From NCBI GenBank assembly GCA_900317095.1, contig ONFL01000035.1:1-63426 (forward strand): a stretch of DNA of 63,426 bases, in the 5' to 3' direction. The stretch comes from an uncultured Eubacteriales bacterium. GTDB lineage: Bacteria > Bacillota > Clostridia > Lachnospirales > Lachnospiraceae. The notes under the pieces are model-generated. The model was given only the letters and a program-made list of their open reading frames with translations, had not been told where the DNA came from and searched no databases. Made by a program: the position numbers and the translations under genes. This document shows, piece by piece, positions 36,682 to 46,646 of the stretch (positions are counted from its first letter, which is position 1; every line of letters begins with the position of its first letter).

Positions 36682-37494
36682 TTGAGAATCCTAGTATGTG
36701 TAAAGCAGGTACCTGATACTACGGAAATCAAGATTGATCCGGTAAAGAACACCCTGATCCGTGACGGTGTTCCCAGTATCGTTAACACATTCGATGCATA
36801 CGCACTCGAGGTAGCTGCCAGAATTAAGGATAACGATCCTTCCACAAAGATTACTCTTCTGTCTATGGGACCGGCTCAGGCTAAGGATGCTCTGAGAGAG
36901 TGCCTGGCAAAGGGCGGCGAAGAAGCTTATCTCTGCACAGATAGAAAGTTCGGCGGTTCTGATACACTCGCAACAAGCTACATCCTTTCCACTGCTATCC
37001 AGCAGATCGAGAAGGAGAAAGGCGAGAAGTTCGATCTGATCCTCTGCGGCAAGCAGGCTATCGACGGTGATACCGGGCAGGTAGGTCCTGAAATCGGTTC
37101 TCATCTGGGAATCCCTCAGCTGACATACATCTCTGAGATCACAGAGACAGCTGCAGATCACATTGTCGGCAAGCGTGAGAGCGATCAGGGATATGATCTC
37201 ATCTCCGTACAGCTTCCGGCAGTTGTTACGATCGTTAAGACTCCTTTCGATCCCAGATTCCCCAAGCTCAAGGATACCATGAGAGCACGTAAGACTGAGA
37301 TCAAAGAGATCACTTTCGAAGATGTTAAAGACATCATCGATGAGACACGTATCGGACTCAAGGGCTCTCCTACAAAGGTTAGGAAGACATACACTCCTCA
37401 GAGAAACAAGGAATGCCTGATGATCAAAGAGGAAGACGCTAAGGCAGATGCTGCAAAGCTTGTCACACTGCTTTCTGACGCAAAATTACTGTAG
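36682..37494 (+). CDS. etfB: Electron transfer flavoprotein subunit beta
   Basis: (M)RILVCVKQVPD.......D......R.....I.N..D..ALE.A is the EtfB signature. TTG start after AAGGAGG. Confidence 0.9.
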   Translation: MRILVCVKQVPDTTEIKIDPVKNTLIRDGVPSIVNTFDAYALEVAARIKDNDPSTKITLLSMGPAQAKDALRECLAKGGEEAYLCTDRKFGGSDTLATSYILSTAIQQIEKEKGEKFDLILCGKQAIDGDTGQVGPEIGSHLGIPQLTYISEITETAADHIVGKRESDQGYDLISVQLPAVVTIVKTPFDPRFPKLKDTMRARKTEIKEITFEDVKDIIDETRIGLKGSPTKVRKTYTPQRNKECLMIKEEDAKADAAKLVTLLSDAKLL

Positions 37495-37510
37495 GGAGGG
37501 GCTTATTACA

Positions 37511-38515
37511 ATGAGTTTTGAAGAATATAAGAATCTTTGGGTTTTCGTAGAAACAGAAGAGAATGAAGCCAAGAATGTCGGCTTCGAGCTCCTCAACCCC
37601 GGCCGTGAACTCGCTGACAAGATGGGCGAGAAGCTGGTTGCAGTTGTTATCGGCGGCAAGGTAGAAGATATTGCTAAGAAGACAATCGAGTACGGCGCAG
37701 ATGAAGCTATCATCGTTGAAGGCGATGAGTACTTCAACTACTCCACCGATGCTTTCGGCAACGCAATGAAGACTCTGGTTAACAAGTATAAGCCGGCTGC
37801 ATGCCTTGTTGGTGCTACCAACAACGGCCGTGACCTTGGCCCCAGAATGGCATGCGACCTTAACACTGGTCTTACCGCAGACTGCACAGGCCTTGATTTT
37901 GATGTTGAGGCAAAGAACATGGTTTGGACCCGTCCTGCATTCGGCGGCAACCTTATGGCTATGATCCTCTGCCCTGACAACCGTCCTCAGCTCGGTACTG
38001 TACGTCCCGGCGTATTCAAGAAGCCTGAGCTTAAGGAAGGCAAGACCGGCGAGATCATCCGTGAAGACATCCACATCGATCCTTCTCAGATCAGAACAAA
38101 GATCATCGAGAGAATCAAGGAAGTTGCAGAAGCAGTTAACCTTGAGGAAGCAGATGTCATCGTATCCGGCGGACGTGGTGTCGGCGGACCGGACGGCTTC
38201 AAGCCTCTCGAGGAGCTGGCTGATGTACTTGGCGGCGTAGTTGGATGCTCCAGAGCTTGTGTAGACGCAGGCTGGATCGCTCACGCTCATCAGGTAGGCC
38301 AGACCGGTAAGACTGTTGGACCGAAGATCTACATCGCCTGTGGTATTTCCGGTGCTATTCAGCACGTAGCTGGTATCGCAGGATCCGATATCGTTATCGC
38401 GATCAACAAGGACGCAGAGGCTCCTATCTTCAGCGTAGCTGACTACGGTATCGTAGGAGATCTCTTCCAGGTTGTACCTGCACTTACAGAAGAGATTAAG
38501 AAGTTAAGAGCTTAA
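37511..38515 (+). CDS. etfA: Electron transfer flavoprotein subunit alpha
   Basis: C-terminal FAD-binding motifs (SRA.VDAGW....QVGQTGK.V.P..YIA.GISGAIQH..G). Internal ATG at 37511 after GGGAGGGG. Confidence 0.9.
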   Translation: MSFEEYKNLWVFVETEENEAKNVGFELLNPGRELADKMGEKLVAVVIGGKVEDIAKKTIEYGADEAIIVEGDEYFNYSTDAFGNAMKTLVNKYKPAACLVGATNNGRDLGPRMACDLNTGLTADCTGLDFDVEAKNMVWTRPAFGGNLMAMILCPDNRPQLGTVRPGVFKKPELKEGKTGEIIREDIHIDPSQIRTKIIERIKEVAEAVNLEEADVIVSGGRGVGGPDGFKPLEELADVLGGVVGCSRACVDAGWIAHAHQVGQTGKTVGPKIYIACGISGAIQHVAGIAGSDIVIAINKDAEAPIFSVADYGIVGDLFQVVPALTEEIKKLRA

Positions 38516-38547
38516 TTATCTGACACATAATTTTAGGATTTCAAAAT

Positions 38548-38620
38548 AAAACCCGGCTCTGACCACAGAGGAAGCTTCCCAGGAAGCGGAGACTGCGGCT
38601 GGAGCCGGGTTTTATTTTAT
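38548..38620 (+). terminator. Rho-independent terminator after etfA
   Basis: Long hairpin with outer stem aaaacccggctc / gagccgggtttt followed by a T-rich run. Confidence 0.7.
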
Positions 38621-38658
38621 ATGCATAGAGGTTCCCGGTCTAATGACAGGGGCCGCGG

Positions 38659-38687
38659 TTGATTTTACAAAAACCGGATGCTATACT
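38659..38687 (+). promoter_or_regulatory. Putative sigma-A promoter of glgB (TTGATT-N17-TATACT)
   Basis: Seen directly, about 50 nt upstream of the ATG at 38738. Confidence 0.45.
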
Positions 38688-38737
38688 AAATTGTATTGGA
38701 AAGCTGTGCAATTTTTGCTGCTGGGAGGGCCGCTTTT

Positions 38738-40726
38738 ATGGAAGATTCGTTTAGGATAGAAGATCTTGACATGTACCTTTTTGCCAGGGGCAGACATTAT
38801 CAAATCTATGAAAAAATGGGCGCTCATCTGGCAGAGGAGAACGGCAGGAAAGGCACTTATTTTGCCGTCTGGGCTCCGAATGCAAAATCTGTCAGCGTGG
38901 TAGGAGATTTCAATGGCTGGAATCCCGGGATATCCCCCATGGAACCGGTGCAGCAGTCCGGAATATGGGATCTGTTTGTACCAGGAGTGGAAAGAGGTTT
39001 TCTGTATAAATTTGCCGTGGAATCTCAGGACGGCAGGATCGTTTATAAGGCCGATCCATATGGCAATGAATCCGAACTGCGCCCGAATAATGCTTCCATC
39101 GTTACGAATTTGAATCAGTATCAGTGGACAGATCAGAAATGGCAGAAAGAACATGCTCTTCATAATACATCCGTACCGATGGCGATATACGAAGTCCATC
39201 CCGGATCCTGGCGCAAATGCGAGGACGGTGAGGACGGTTTTTATAATTACAGGAAACTGGCGGCAGAACTGGCGGATTATGTGCAGGACATGGGATATAC
39301 GCACGTGGAACTGATAGGTATTTCAGAGCATCCATTTGATGGTTCCTGGGGCTACCAGGTAACTGGTTACTATGCGCCGACTTCCCGCTATGGGACACCG
39401 GAAGACTTTATGTATTTTGTCGATTATATGCATCAGCACGGCATCGGTGTCATTCTGGACTGGGTGCCTGCGCATTTCCCCAAAGATGAGTTCAGCCTTG
39501 GACGTTTTGATGGAACACCGCTCTATGAACATCCGGATCCGCGGCGTGGAGAACATCCGGACTGGGGTACCTACTGCTTTAATTATGCAAAGAATGAAGT
39601 GTCGAATTTCCTGGTTGCAAATGCCCTCTTCTGGATTGAGAAGTTCCATGTAGATGGTCTGCGGGTGGATGCTGTCGCGTCCATGCTTTATCTGGATTAT
39701 GGCCGGAGTGCGGGGAACTGGCTTCCCAACCCCGACGGGGGGAATGAAAACTATGACGCGATAGAATTCCTGAAGCACCTGAATTCCATTGTGCAGAAGA
39801 GGAACCCCGGCGCTATGATGATCGCCGAAGAATCTACTGCCTGGCCGAAGATCACCGGTAAGCCGGAAGATGGCGGACTCGGATTTACTTATAAGTGGAA
39901 TATGGGCTGGATGCATGATTTCCTGGAATACATGCAGTGCGACCCCTATTTCCGGCAGTATCATCAGAACCAGCTGACTTTCAGTTTTTCTTACGCCTAC
40001 AGTGAGAAATATATCCTGGTGCTTTCTCATGATGAGGTAGTGCATCTGAAGAAATCCATGATCAGCAAGATGCCGGGCAGCATGTCTGAAAAGTTCGGCA
40101 ATCTGCGGGTCGGCTATGCGCTGATGACCATGCATCCAGGGAAGAAGCTGCTCTTTATGGGACAGGAATTTGGGCAGCTGCAGGAGTGGAGTGAAGCCAG
40201 AAGTCTTGACTGGTACCTGCTGGATCAGAAGGAACACCGGCAGCTGCTGGATTACTGCCGGGCCCTGCTTCATTTTTACCGGCGTTACAGCGCACTCTAT
40301 GAGCTGGACGATTCACCTGAGGGATTTCAGTGGATCAATGGAGCAGACGCCAACCATAATATGCTTACATTCTGCAGGATGACAAAGAGCGGGAAAAACT
40401 GCCTGCTCTGCCATTTTAATTTTTCGCCGGTCGTCTATGAATCTTTCAGGTCCGGATGCCCCTGCCCCGGAACTTATACAGAAGTATTCAACAGCAATTA
40501 TGAGAGGTTCGGAGGAGACGGCATCGTCAATGAAGAGCCGATCCAGGCAGAAGAGATCAGCTGGGATTATAAAGATTACTCCATCGGCTACCGCCTGGGA
40601 GGATTCGGCGCCTGCATTTTCCGTTTTGATTATGTAAAGCCGCCCAAAAAAGAAAAGAGAGATAAGACAGTACCGGCCAGCCGGGAAGGAGAATCCGCGG
40701 TTTGCACGGAGAAGGAGACAAAATGA
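38738..40726 (+). CDS. glgB: 1,4-alpha-glucan branching enzyme
   Basis: Y...G.H........G..F.VWAPNA..V.V.GDFN.W, GH13 catalytic regions (GVILDWVPAHF, GLRVDAVASMLY, IAEEST.WP). ATG at 38738 after GGGAGGG. Confidence 0.9.
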   Translation: MEDSFRIEDLDMYLFARGRHYQIYEKMGAHLAEENGRKGTYFAVWAPNAKSVSVVGDFNGWNPGISPMEPVQQSGIWDLFVPGVERGFLYKFAVESQDGRIVYKADPYGNESELRPNNASIVTNLNQYQWTDQKWQKEHALHNTSVPMAIYEVHPGSWRKCEDGEDGFYNYRKLAAELADYVQDMGYTHVELIGISEHPFDGSWGYQVTGYYAPTSRYGTPEDFMYFVDYMHQHGIGVILDWVPAHFPKDEFSLGRFDGTPLYEHPDPRRGEHPDWGTYCFNYAKNEVSNFLVANALFWIEKFHVDGLRVDAVASMLYLDYGRSAGNWLPNPDGGNENYDAIEFLKHLNSIVQKRNPGAMMIAEESTAWPKITGKPEDGGLGFTYKWNMGWMHDFLEYMQCDPYFRQYHQNQLTFSFSYAYSEKYILVLSHDEVVHLKKSMISKMPGSMSEKFGNLRVGYALMTMHPGKKLLFMGQEFGQLQEWSEARSLDWYLLDQKEHRQLLDYCRALLHFYRRYSALYELDDSPEGFQWINGADANHNMLTFCRMTKSGKNCLLCHFNFSPVVYESFRSGCPCPGTYTEVFNSNYERFGGDGIVNEEPIQAEEISWDYKDYSIGYRLGGFGACIFRFDYVKPPKKEKRDKTVPASREGESAVCTEKETK

Positions 40727-41787
40727 AGAAGATCGTATTAACAGGCGGCGGAACAGCCGGCCATGTAACGCCGAATATAGCGCTGATGCCTCAGCTGCGC
40801 CAGAGAGGCTACGATATTACCTATATTGGATCGATAGCAGGAATGGAGAAAGGAATGATAGAGGAAGAAGGCATTCCCTATTACGGAATAGAGACCGGTA
40901 AGCTCCGCCGCTATTTCTCCCCGCAGAATTTCAGCGATCCCTTCCGGGTTATTAAGGGCTGCGCCCAGGCCGGAAGACTTCTTCGGAAGATACGGCCGAA
41001 TGTTATATTCTCCAAGGGCGGCTTCGTATCGGTACCGGTCGTTCTGGCTGCAAAAATGCTGAAGATTCCGGTAGTGATCCATGAATCGGATATGACGCCC
41101 GGACTGGCCAACAAGATCTGCATACCGGCAGCCGCCAGGGTTTGCTGTAATTTCCCGGAAACTGTAAAATATCTCCCGGAGGGCAAGGCACTGCTGACGG
41201 GTTCTCCTATCCGCCAGGAGCTCTTTGACGGAGATCGGGAAAAGGGTCTGGCTTTCTGCGGTCTGAAGGGCGAAAAACCGGTCCTGCTGGTAATCGGAGG
41301 CAGCCTGGGAGCAGCGGCGCTGAACCAGGCTATCTGGGATAACCTGGATGAACTGTTGAAAAAATATGAGGTCATCCATCTGTGTGGAAAAGGCAAGACG
41401 AAGGACGATCTGGGAGATGTTCCCGGTTATGTGCAGTATGAATTTATCAGTGAGGAGCTGGCAGACCTGCTGGCAGCAGCAGATCTGGTGATTTCCAGGG
41501 CCGGTGCCAACTCTATCTGTGAATTAGTAGCCTTAAAGAAACCGAATATACTGGTTCCGCTGCCCGCCAGTGCAAGCCGCGGCGATCAGATCCTCAACGC
41601 GAGATCCTTTAAGAAGCAGGGATTCAGTTTCCTTTTGCCGGAAGAAAAGATAACCGGCGAGCGGCTCCTGAAGGTAATAGATCATGTATATAAGCAGCGG
41701 GATTCTTATGTAAAAGCAATGGAAGAGAGTCCGCAGAACCAGGCAATCAATAAGATCGTTGATCTGCTGGACCAGCTTGCAGACTAA
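40723..41787 (+). CDS. murG: Undecaprenyldiphospho-muramoylpentapeptide beta-N-acetylglucosaminyltransferase
   Basis: MKKIVLTGGGTAGHV.PN.AL is the MurG G-loop, followed by GGSLGA. ATGA overlap with the glgB stop. Confidence 0.9.
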   Translation: MKKIVLTGGGTAGHVTPNIALMPQLRQRGYDITYIGSIAGMEKGMIEEEGIPYYGIETGKLRRYFSPQNFSDPFRVIKGCAQAGRLLRKIRPNVIFSKGGFVSVPVVLAAKMLKIPVVIHESDMTPGLANKICIPAAARVCCNFPETVKYLPEGKALLTGSPIRQELFDGDREKGLAFCGLKGEKPVLLVIGGSLGAAALNQAIWDNLDELLKKYEVIHLCGKGKTKDDLGDVPGYVQYEFISEELADLLAAADLVISRAGANSICELVALKKPNILVPLPASASRGDQILNARSFKKQGFSFLLPEEKITGERLLKVIDHVYKQRDSYVKAMEESPQNQAINKIVDLLDQLAD

Positions 41788-43138
41788 TTTCGAATTCCAG
41801 GTCGGCAAAGCTGATATGATTCTCGTTTTCTAATACGGCACGTTCCTCGGGGCGAAGCTTTCGCCCCTCCAGGTACGTGCCGTTTGTTGATCCGGCATCA
41901 CTGACAAGGAAGCTGTCTCCTCTTTTTTCAAAGACGGCGTGCCGCCGGCTGATAACAGGGCTGTCAAGCACCAGCTGGCAGTCCCGGTCCGAGCTTCCCA
42001 GCACAGCCGGAAAATCAGATGCCGTAAGGGTCTTTCCCCTGACATCTGCGCTGATCCCGCTAAGGACAAGACAGAATTCTTCTCTGCGAAGGAGGATGGT
42101 TTCGTCTGTACTGATTTCTGAATAATCCCGGAAACGAAAAGGAGCAGGCGGCTCCGGCTGCGCAGGGGCGGCTGATAAAAATGGAGAGGATACCTGGGAC
42201 TGCGGTTCAGGAGGAGCCGGCTCTGTTTCTGGAAGAGCAGGTTCTGCCCCGCTGCCGCTCTGCCGTGAAAACCGGTTCAAAAGCAGAAACAGAAGTCCGG
42301 ACAGAGCAAGAAAGAATCCGCCGGATGCCTGCAGCGGGCTGATGGAGAGACCCATTAACTTCAGCAGCACGGCAGTAACTCCGCATTTCAGAAGCAATAA
42401 AGACAGCAGAAGTGATCCTGCAAAAGCCAGGGGAAGCGTAAAGGATTTCCCTTTTTTTTCGGCTGAGAGCGGTGTTTCCGGCCCCCTGCTCACCTCTGCG
42501 GGAGCTGCAGGCGCGGGTATTGTCTCCGCGGGAAGGCCGTCCTGCAGGAATGCCTCCGGCTGTGCTGCGCTTACTACGCCTTCCTCTGACTTTTCGGATT
42601 CCTGTACATAGATAAGCTGCCGCAGCATCGCGATCGAAAAGTCTGCCGCCTGTGTGGTCCGGTAAAAGGAATATGCCAGCAGAACACAGTTCTGATTCCG
42701 GTGGTCAAGATGTTCCAGGATCAATCTTGCCAGGTCCCGGATCCCGTCCTTGAAATTTCCCTTGTATCCTGGCAGGCAGGCGAAGCGGAGACTTGTTTCC
42801 TCCGGATTAAAAAAGAGACATCCCGGATCCATAAGCAGAGAATCCGGATCAAGCAGGTATTCGTGAAGGGTGTCGGTGACGGACTGCAGCCCGTCTAAGA
42901 TGACATGGAGCAGATCCAGAGAAATCTGCCGGCGGCCGGTCAGGTCTTCCAGACTGGTCATGCCGCTGACATCGTAGGAACATTGCTGGATACCATCTAT
43001 CATCTGAAGCTGAAATCTGAGCAGGAAGGGGGAATCCTGGTTTTCCAGCATCTGTTCTTCATAGTCTGATGCCGGCTTGGGCGGGTCAGTCACGATCAGA
43101 CAGGTATGGAAACTTTCTTTTTTTATCTGTATATTCAT
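41747..43138 (-). CDS. FHA-domain protein with central TM segments (DUF6382-like N-domain); last gene of the minus-strand Tad operon
   Basis: C-terminal FHA signature (LGSS.RDCQLVLDSPVISRRHAVFEKRGDSFLVSDAGSTNGTYLEG). Two hydrophobic helices at about residues 215-285. Its 3' end overlaps the convergent murG by 41 nt. Confidence 0.75.
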   Translation of the reverse strand: MNIQIKKESFHTCLIVTDPPKPASDYEEQMLENQDSPFLLRFQLQMIDGIQQCSYDVSGMTSLEDLTGRRQISLDLLHVILDGLQSVTDTLHEYLLDPDSLLMDPGCLFFNPEETSLRFACLPGYKGNFKDGIRDLARLILEHLDHRNQNCVLLAYSFYRTTQAADFSIAMLRQLIYVQESEKSEEGVVSAAQPEAFLQDGLPAETIPAPAAPAEVSRGPETPLSAEKKGKSFTLPLAFAGSLLLSLLLLKCGVTAVLLKLMGLSISPLQASGGFFLALSGLLFLLLNRFSRQSGSGAEPALPETEPAPPEPQSQVSSPFLSAAPAQPEPPAPFRFRDYSEISTDETILLRREEFCLVLSGISADVRGKTLTASDFPAVLGSSDRDCQLVLDSPVISRRHAVFEKRGDSFLVSDAGSTNGTYLEGRKLRPEERAVLENENHISFADLEFEISLQAGPADQRSY

Positions 43139-43158
43139 TTCCCCGGGGGCCTCCCTTC

Positions 43159-43653
43159 TTATTTGCTTTTCAGGGTCTGGACCAGATGATATTTATACCA
43201 GTCGCTGGTGTAGTCCACCGTGGTCGTAGAGCAGCGGCCGCGAAACTTAAGAGCGCCGCCCATGAACTCTGCGGCACCCGCAATACCGGCTGTCAGACTT
43301 CCACTGCAGTTTCCCCTTGCAGTGACACTGCAGTTAATATAACTTCCGATATCCTGGAAGAAGCTGCCTTCCAGAGAAGCACCGGCGGAGGGGTCCGGCA
43401 TCATGACGCATGCTTCCTGGATGGAAGCGGCAGCCTGCTGGCGGGAAAGCGCCGGGGTATACTTTTCATAGAATTTTCCCATCAGTGTGTCTTCACAGGA
43501 TCGCAGAGTGTAAGTCTGCAGGACAGCACTGTCGTGGAGAAATAATATCAGGTAAAGCATGGCGATGATCAGAAAAGTAACAAGGGGAGCTGTAAAAGAA
43601 GCTTCTACCGTAAAACTGCCGCTTACTTTTCGGGGAAACGCAATTCGACGCAT
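43159..43653 (-). CDS. TadE-like pseudopilin / pilus assembly protein
   Basis: N-terminus ..GSFTVEASFTAPLVTFLIIAMLYLILFL matches the TadE-like G/xxVE + hydrophobic helix pattern. ATG at 43653 follows AAGGAGAGG; ATG at 43674 is an alternative. Confidence 0.65.
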   Translation of the reverse strand: MRRIAFPRKVSGSFTVEASFTAPLVTFLIIAMLYLILFLHDSAVLQTYTLRSCEDTLMGKFYEKYTPALSRQQAAASIQEACVMMPDPSAGASLEGSFFQDIGSYINCSVTARGNCSGSLTAGIAGAAEFMGGALKFRGRCSTTTVDYTSDWYKYHLVQTLKSK

Positions 43654-43679
43654 AACATAGATCCTCTCCTTCATATTCT

Positions 43680-44111
43680 TCAGACCTGTCTCTCCAGGAT
43701 GCTTACGATCAGGAAGGCAGCCAGGAGAAAAGGAATGAATGGAAGCTGTGTTCTGCGCCCGGCTTTATGCAGGAGCAGCAAGATGCAGCCAGCCCCGGCA
43801 GTCAGCAGGAATGCGCAGAACATGGTGATAAATGTTTTTTCAAAACCGGCAAGGAAGCCGAGCAGAAACAGCACAAGGACATCTCCGCTGCCTATTCCTT
43901 TCTTTGAAAAGAGCCGCAGCAGGAACATGGCTGCTCCCGGAAGAGTGCCGGTAAGCAGGGCAGCGGCCTCCGGAGTGCGGCCGGATATCTTCCAGAATGC
44001 AAGGAAAAGGACTGCTGCGCCGGCAAGCACGGGCAGAAAATAGAATTCTCTTTTTTTCAGATCTGCCGCGGCGGGATAAAGAAGCAGCAGCAGAATACCA
44101 ATATCTTTCAA
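43680..44111 (-). CDS. A24-family prepilin peptidase (CpaA/TadV-like), copy 1
   Basis: Polytopic protein with the two Asp motifs (AAADLKKREF; GIGSGDVLVL). TTG at 44111 follows GGAGGGAA and overlaps the upstream stop as TTGA. The ORF's ATG at 44135 is an alternative. Confidence 0.7.
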   Translation of the reverse strand: MKDIGILLLLLYPAAADLKKREFYFLPVLAGAAVLFLAFWKISGRTPEAAALLTGTLPGAAMFLLRLFSKKGIGSGDVLVLFLLGFLAGFEKTFITMFCAFLLTAGAGCILLLLHKAGRRTQLPFIPFLLAAFLIVSILERQV

Positions 44112-45094
44112 TGGTTCCCTCCGCATCTGGGGCACGGCCGCAGATGAAGCCGGGAGGCCTCCTCTTCATTGTGTACGGAGATGGTCCTTTTAAGGCCGCT
44201 GCAGTGCTGATCGGTGTGCCAGCATGTTCCGGTATCCGTAATGTAGACAATACCGGAAGCCCCGCCCTCAGCGCAGCTTTTACAGGGTGTATATTTTTCT
44301 CCGTAAACATTATGCATGTGAGAGACCAGGACCGGGTCCGCCGGCTGTATGGAAAGATCCAGATAGGTGCAGTCAGGATCCGTGTGGTAGACAACACCAT
44401 TTTCAGCTACATAGAACTGCTTCCCGGAGTCTGTTTCACTGCTTTCGGAGGAGGAGGCAGGTGCGTCCGGGAGAGGGATGCCGGTCCAGGACCGACAGAA
44501 GACCCGGTCATGAACAGGGAGTGTACGCTTAAATCCGGCAATTCCGGGGATTCGTATCCTGTAGCGTACATCAAGACAGAACATGCCTTCTTGCGGATCA
44601 TTATCGGAAACGGTAATAAAAAAGCCGCCCCTGCCGCCGGCAATCGACTGCAGGGATATGCCGCTCTGGGAAAGATCTTTTTGGAAAAAGCCGGCTGCCG
44701 CTGCGCTGCTTATGCTTTTATTGGCACAGCTGAAGGCAGCTGTCTGGCGGGCCGCGCTGCACAGGTGCTGGTTCACCTGTTCACAGATGGATTCAGCGCG
44801 GATCAGCCATGATAAAGCAAGAACCGCAAAAAGAAAAACAGGTACGGCAAGGGCCGCTTCTACGGTAAGACTCCCCCGCAGCCGGCCCGGCCGAAAGACG
44901 GCCGGGAATACTCTTCCTGTGTGTCTGCGTCGTGCTCCGTCTGACTGATGATCTGTAAAAAGAGCCGCTTTGCCTGCATGATAGAAAAAAGTACATAAAG
45001 TGGTTGGAATCGCATACATTGTTTTATTGGGTCCATTGATCTGCAGGCTCTGTCTGCCGCTTTTTAACATGTGTGAATTACACAGGAAGAGCAT
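44108..45094 (-). CDS. TadE-like protein with two C-terminal Ada-like Zn-binding (H-x-D-x2-C...C-x2-C) modules
   Basis: RGSLTVEAALAVPVFLFAVLALSWLI is a TadE-like N-terminus. The C-terminus has VVYHTDPDCTYL...YTPCKSC and TCWHTDQHCSGL...LRPCPRC. Start uncertain (ATG at 45094, 45070 or 45019). Confidence 0.65.
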   Translation of the reverse strand: MLFLCNSHMLKSGRQSLQINGPNKTMYAIPTTLCTFFYHAGKAALFTDHQSDGARRRHTGRVFPAVFRPGRLRGSLTVEAALAVPVFLFAVLALSWLIRAESICEQVNQHLCSAARQTAAFSCANKSISSAAAAGFFQKDLSQSGISLQSIAGGRGGFFITVSDNDPQEGMFCLDVRYRIRIPGIAGFKRTLPVHDRVFCRSWTGIPLPDAPASSSESSETDSGKQFYVAENGVVYHTDPDCTYLDLSIQPADPVLVSHMHNVYGEKYTPCKSCAEGGASGIVYITDTGTCWHTDQHCSGLKRTISVHNEEEASRLHLRPCPRCGGNH

Positions 45095-45125
45095 TCCTGA
45101 CCGCCTCCTTTCAAAAATATTTTTC

Positions 45126-46646
45126 CTAATACCCGTAAACCGTGTTCAAATGCCAGCTTATTCCCGGACCGTGTTTCCAGAAGGCAGGCTGCATCGTTAA
45201 GTCAAGCTGAAAAGCTGCCCCCTGCAGACTATTGGCAAATGAAAAGTTTTCATATCCTTCAGCCATCCGGACGTTGAGTTCCATCAGTGAAAGCATACGC
45301 CGGATCTTTTTGTCCTTTCCAACGCCGGAAAGCAGAAGATCCAGATATCCGTGGTAGTCGAGACCGGATGAAGAATCTTTGGCAAAGTCAGAAATGCCTG
45401 CCTGCCCTTTCGCCAGAAGGACAAGCTGATCCAGGGAAAGATTCCAGGTGGAAGAATTTTTCCAGATGGGAACCTTTTTTCCATCTATCAGACCCGCACA
45501 GTCGACGGCAGCCTCGGCTCCCGCCCAGCACACCATCAGCAGCAGGCGCACCAGCTGGCCGGCACCCGGCAGGGCTGAGACGGCAATCTGTGCGGCTGCG
45601 TCAGTCAGCCGCGCGGCTGCATCCGGACTGGAATATAACCAGGCAAGGTTGAGCATACTACGAAGGGCAAAAATCCTGCGCAGGGTTCCTTCCAGATTTC
45701 TCTGGTCATCGGCATGTCCACAGAGTATATATTCTTTTTCATACAGAAGGGCATGTGCCATATCCCCCTCTTCCCTGTCTGCCGCATCGGTGAAAAAATC
45801 CGATATGTATAAATTGAGCATGGCCATGTTAAGGCCTGCGGAAACGGCAGAAGAGAAATGGAAGCTGCTTAGCTTTTTCCGGACAGACAGAGCGTTGCCA
45901 AAATTTGTAATCAGATCGGTCTGCTTTTCTGCTCCGGTGCTGTAAGTACAGCTGTCAGGACGGATAGAGCGGTCAGAGACAGACCGCCCGTTCATGACCA
46001 GGGAAACCAGCCCCCTGCGGAGCAGCTGCCCGATTCCCGGACGTGGATCCTCTATGCGCGGACCGGTGGATTCTACTGTCTGTGCGGAATCTTTCTCCGG
46101 TGATGTCCGGTCATCTTCTTGCGCGGCGGCCTCCTGGCGGGCTTGTTGTTCTGCCTGATCCAGTTCACCGGCAAAGCGCTTTTTAACGCTTTCGGCACTG
46201 CTGACATCCGCAGGGGAAGTGATCTTTTTCAGACCCTTCTCAGCCAGCTCGAGCTTCTCCCTTTTTGCAATCTGTTCTAACAGAAATTTCCAGTCCTGAT
46301 CCTCCAGTCTGGTAAAGGAGGATGCGGATGAATCTGAGATTTCTGCCCGGATCTGAAAAGGACCTGCAGGTGCAGCTGCCGCGGATTTCATATTTGCCCC
46401 GGCAAACTGCCTGAAGTTGTCAAGCCGCCCGAAACCTTCCCCGGCATCCAGCACGAAGAGACCATACTGGTCAGCCAGCGGCTGTACATAACCGGAGAAA
46501 ACCATTTCTGCGGCCATGTCGCTCCAGCGCTGGGAGGATGTCCGGATGATCGCGGTCCGGACTGATTCCAGACTGACCAGAATGACTGAAAACAGCAGCA
46601 CTGCGGCGATGCTCAGATACACGGATATTACGCCGCGGCGCATCAT
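45126..46646 (-). CDS. Membrane-anchored Tad-locus protein (DUF5702-like)
   Basis: N-terminal signal-anchor ISVYLSIAAVLLFSVILVSL. It is positioned immediately downstream of the Flp pilin gene, and its start overlaps the pilin stop. The family assignment is from memory of similar clostridial loci. Confidence 0.6.
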   Translation of the reverse strand: MMRRGVISVYLSIAAVLLFSVILVSLESVRTAIIRTSSQRWSDMAAEMVFSGYVQPLADQYGLFVLDAGEGFGRLDNFRQFAGANMKSAAAAPAGPFQIRAEISDSSASSFTRLEDQDWKFLLEQIAKREKLELAEKGLKKITSPADVSSAESVKKRFAGELDQAEQQARQEAAAQEDDRTSPEKDSAQTVESTGPRIEDPRPGIGQLLRRGLVSLVMNGRSVSDRSIRPDSCTYSTGAEKQTDLITNFGNALSVRKKLSSFHFSSAVSAGLNMAMLNLYISDFFTDAADREEGDMAHALLYEKEYILCGHADDQRNLEGTLRRIFALRSMLNLAWLYSSPDAAARLTDAAAQIAVSALPGAGQLVRLLLMVCWAGAEAAVDCAGLIDGKKVPIWKNSSTWNLSLDQLVLLAKGQAGISDFAKDSSSGLDYHGYLDLLLSGVGKDKKIRRMLSLMELNVRMAEGYENFSFANSLQGAAFQLDLTMQPAFWKHGPGISWHLNTVYGY

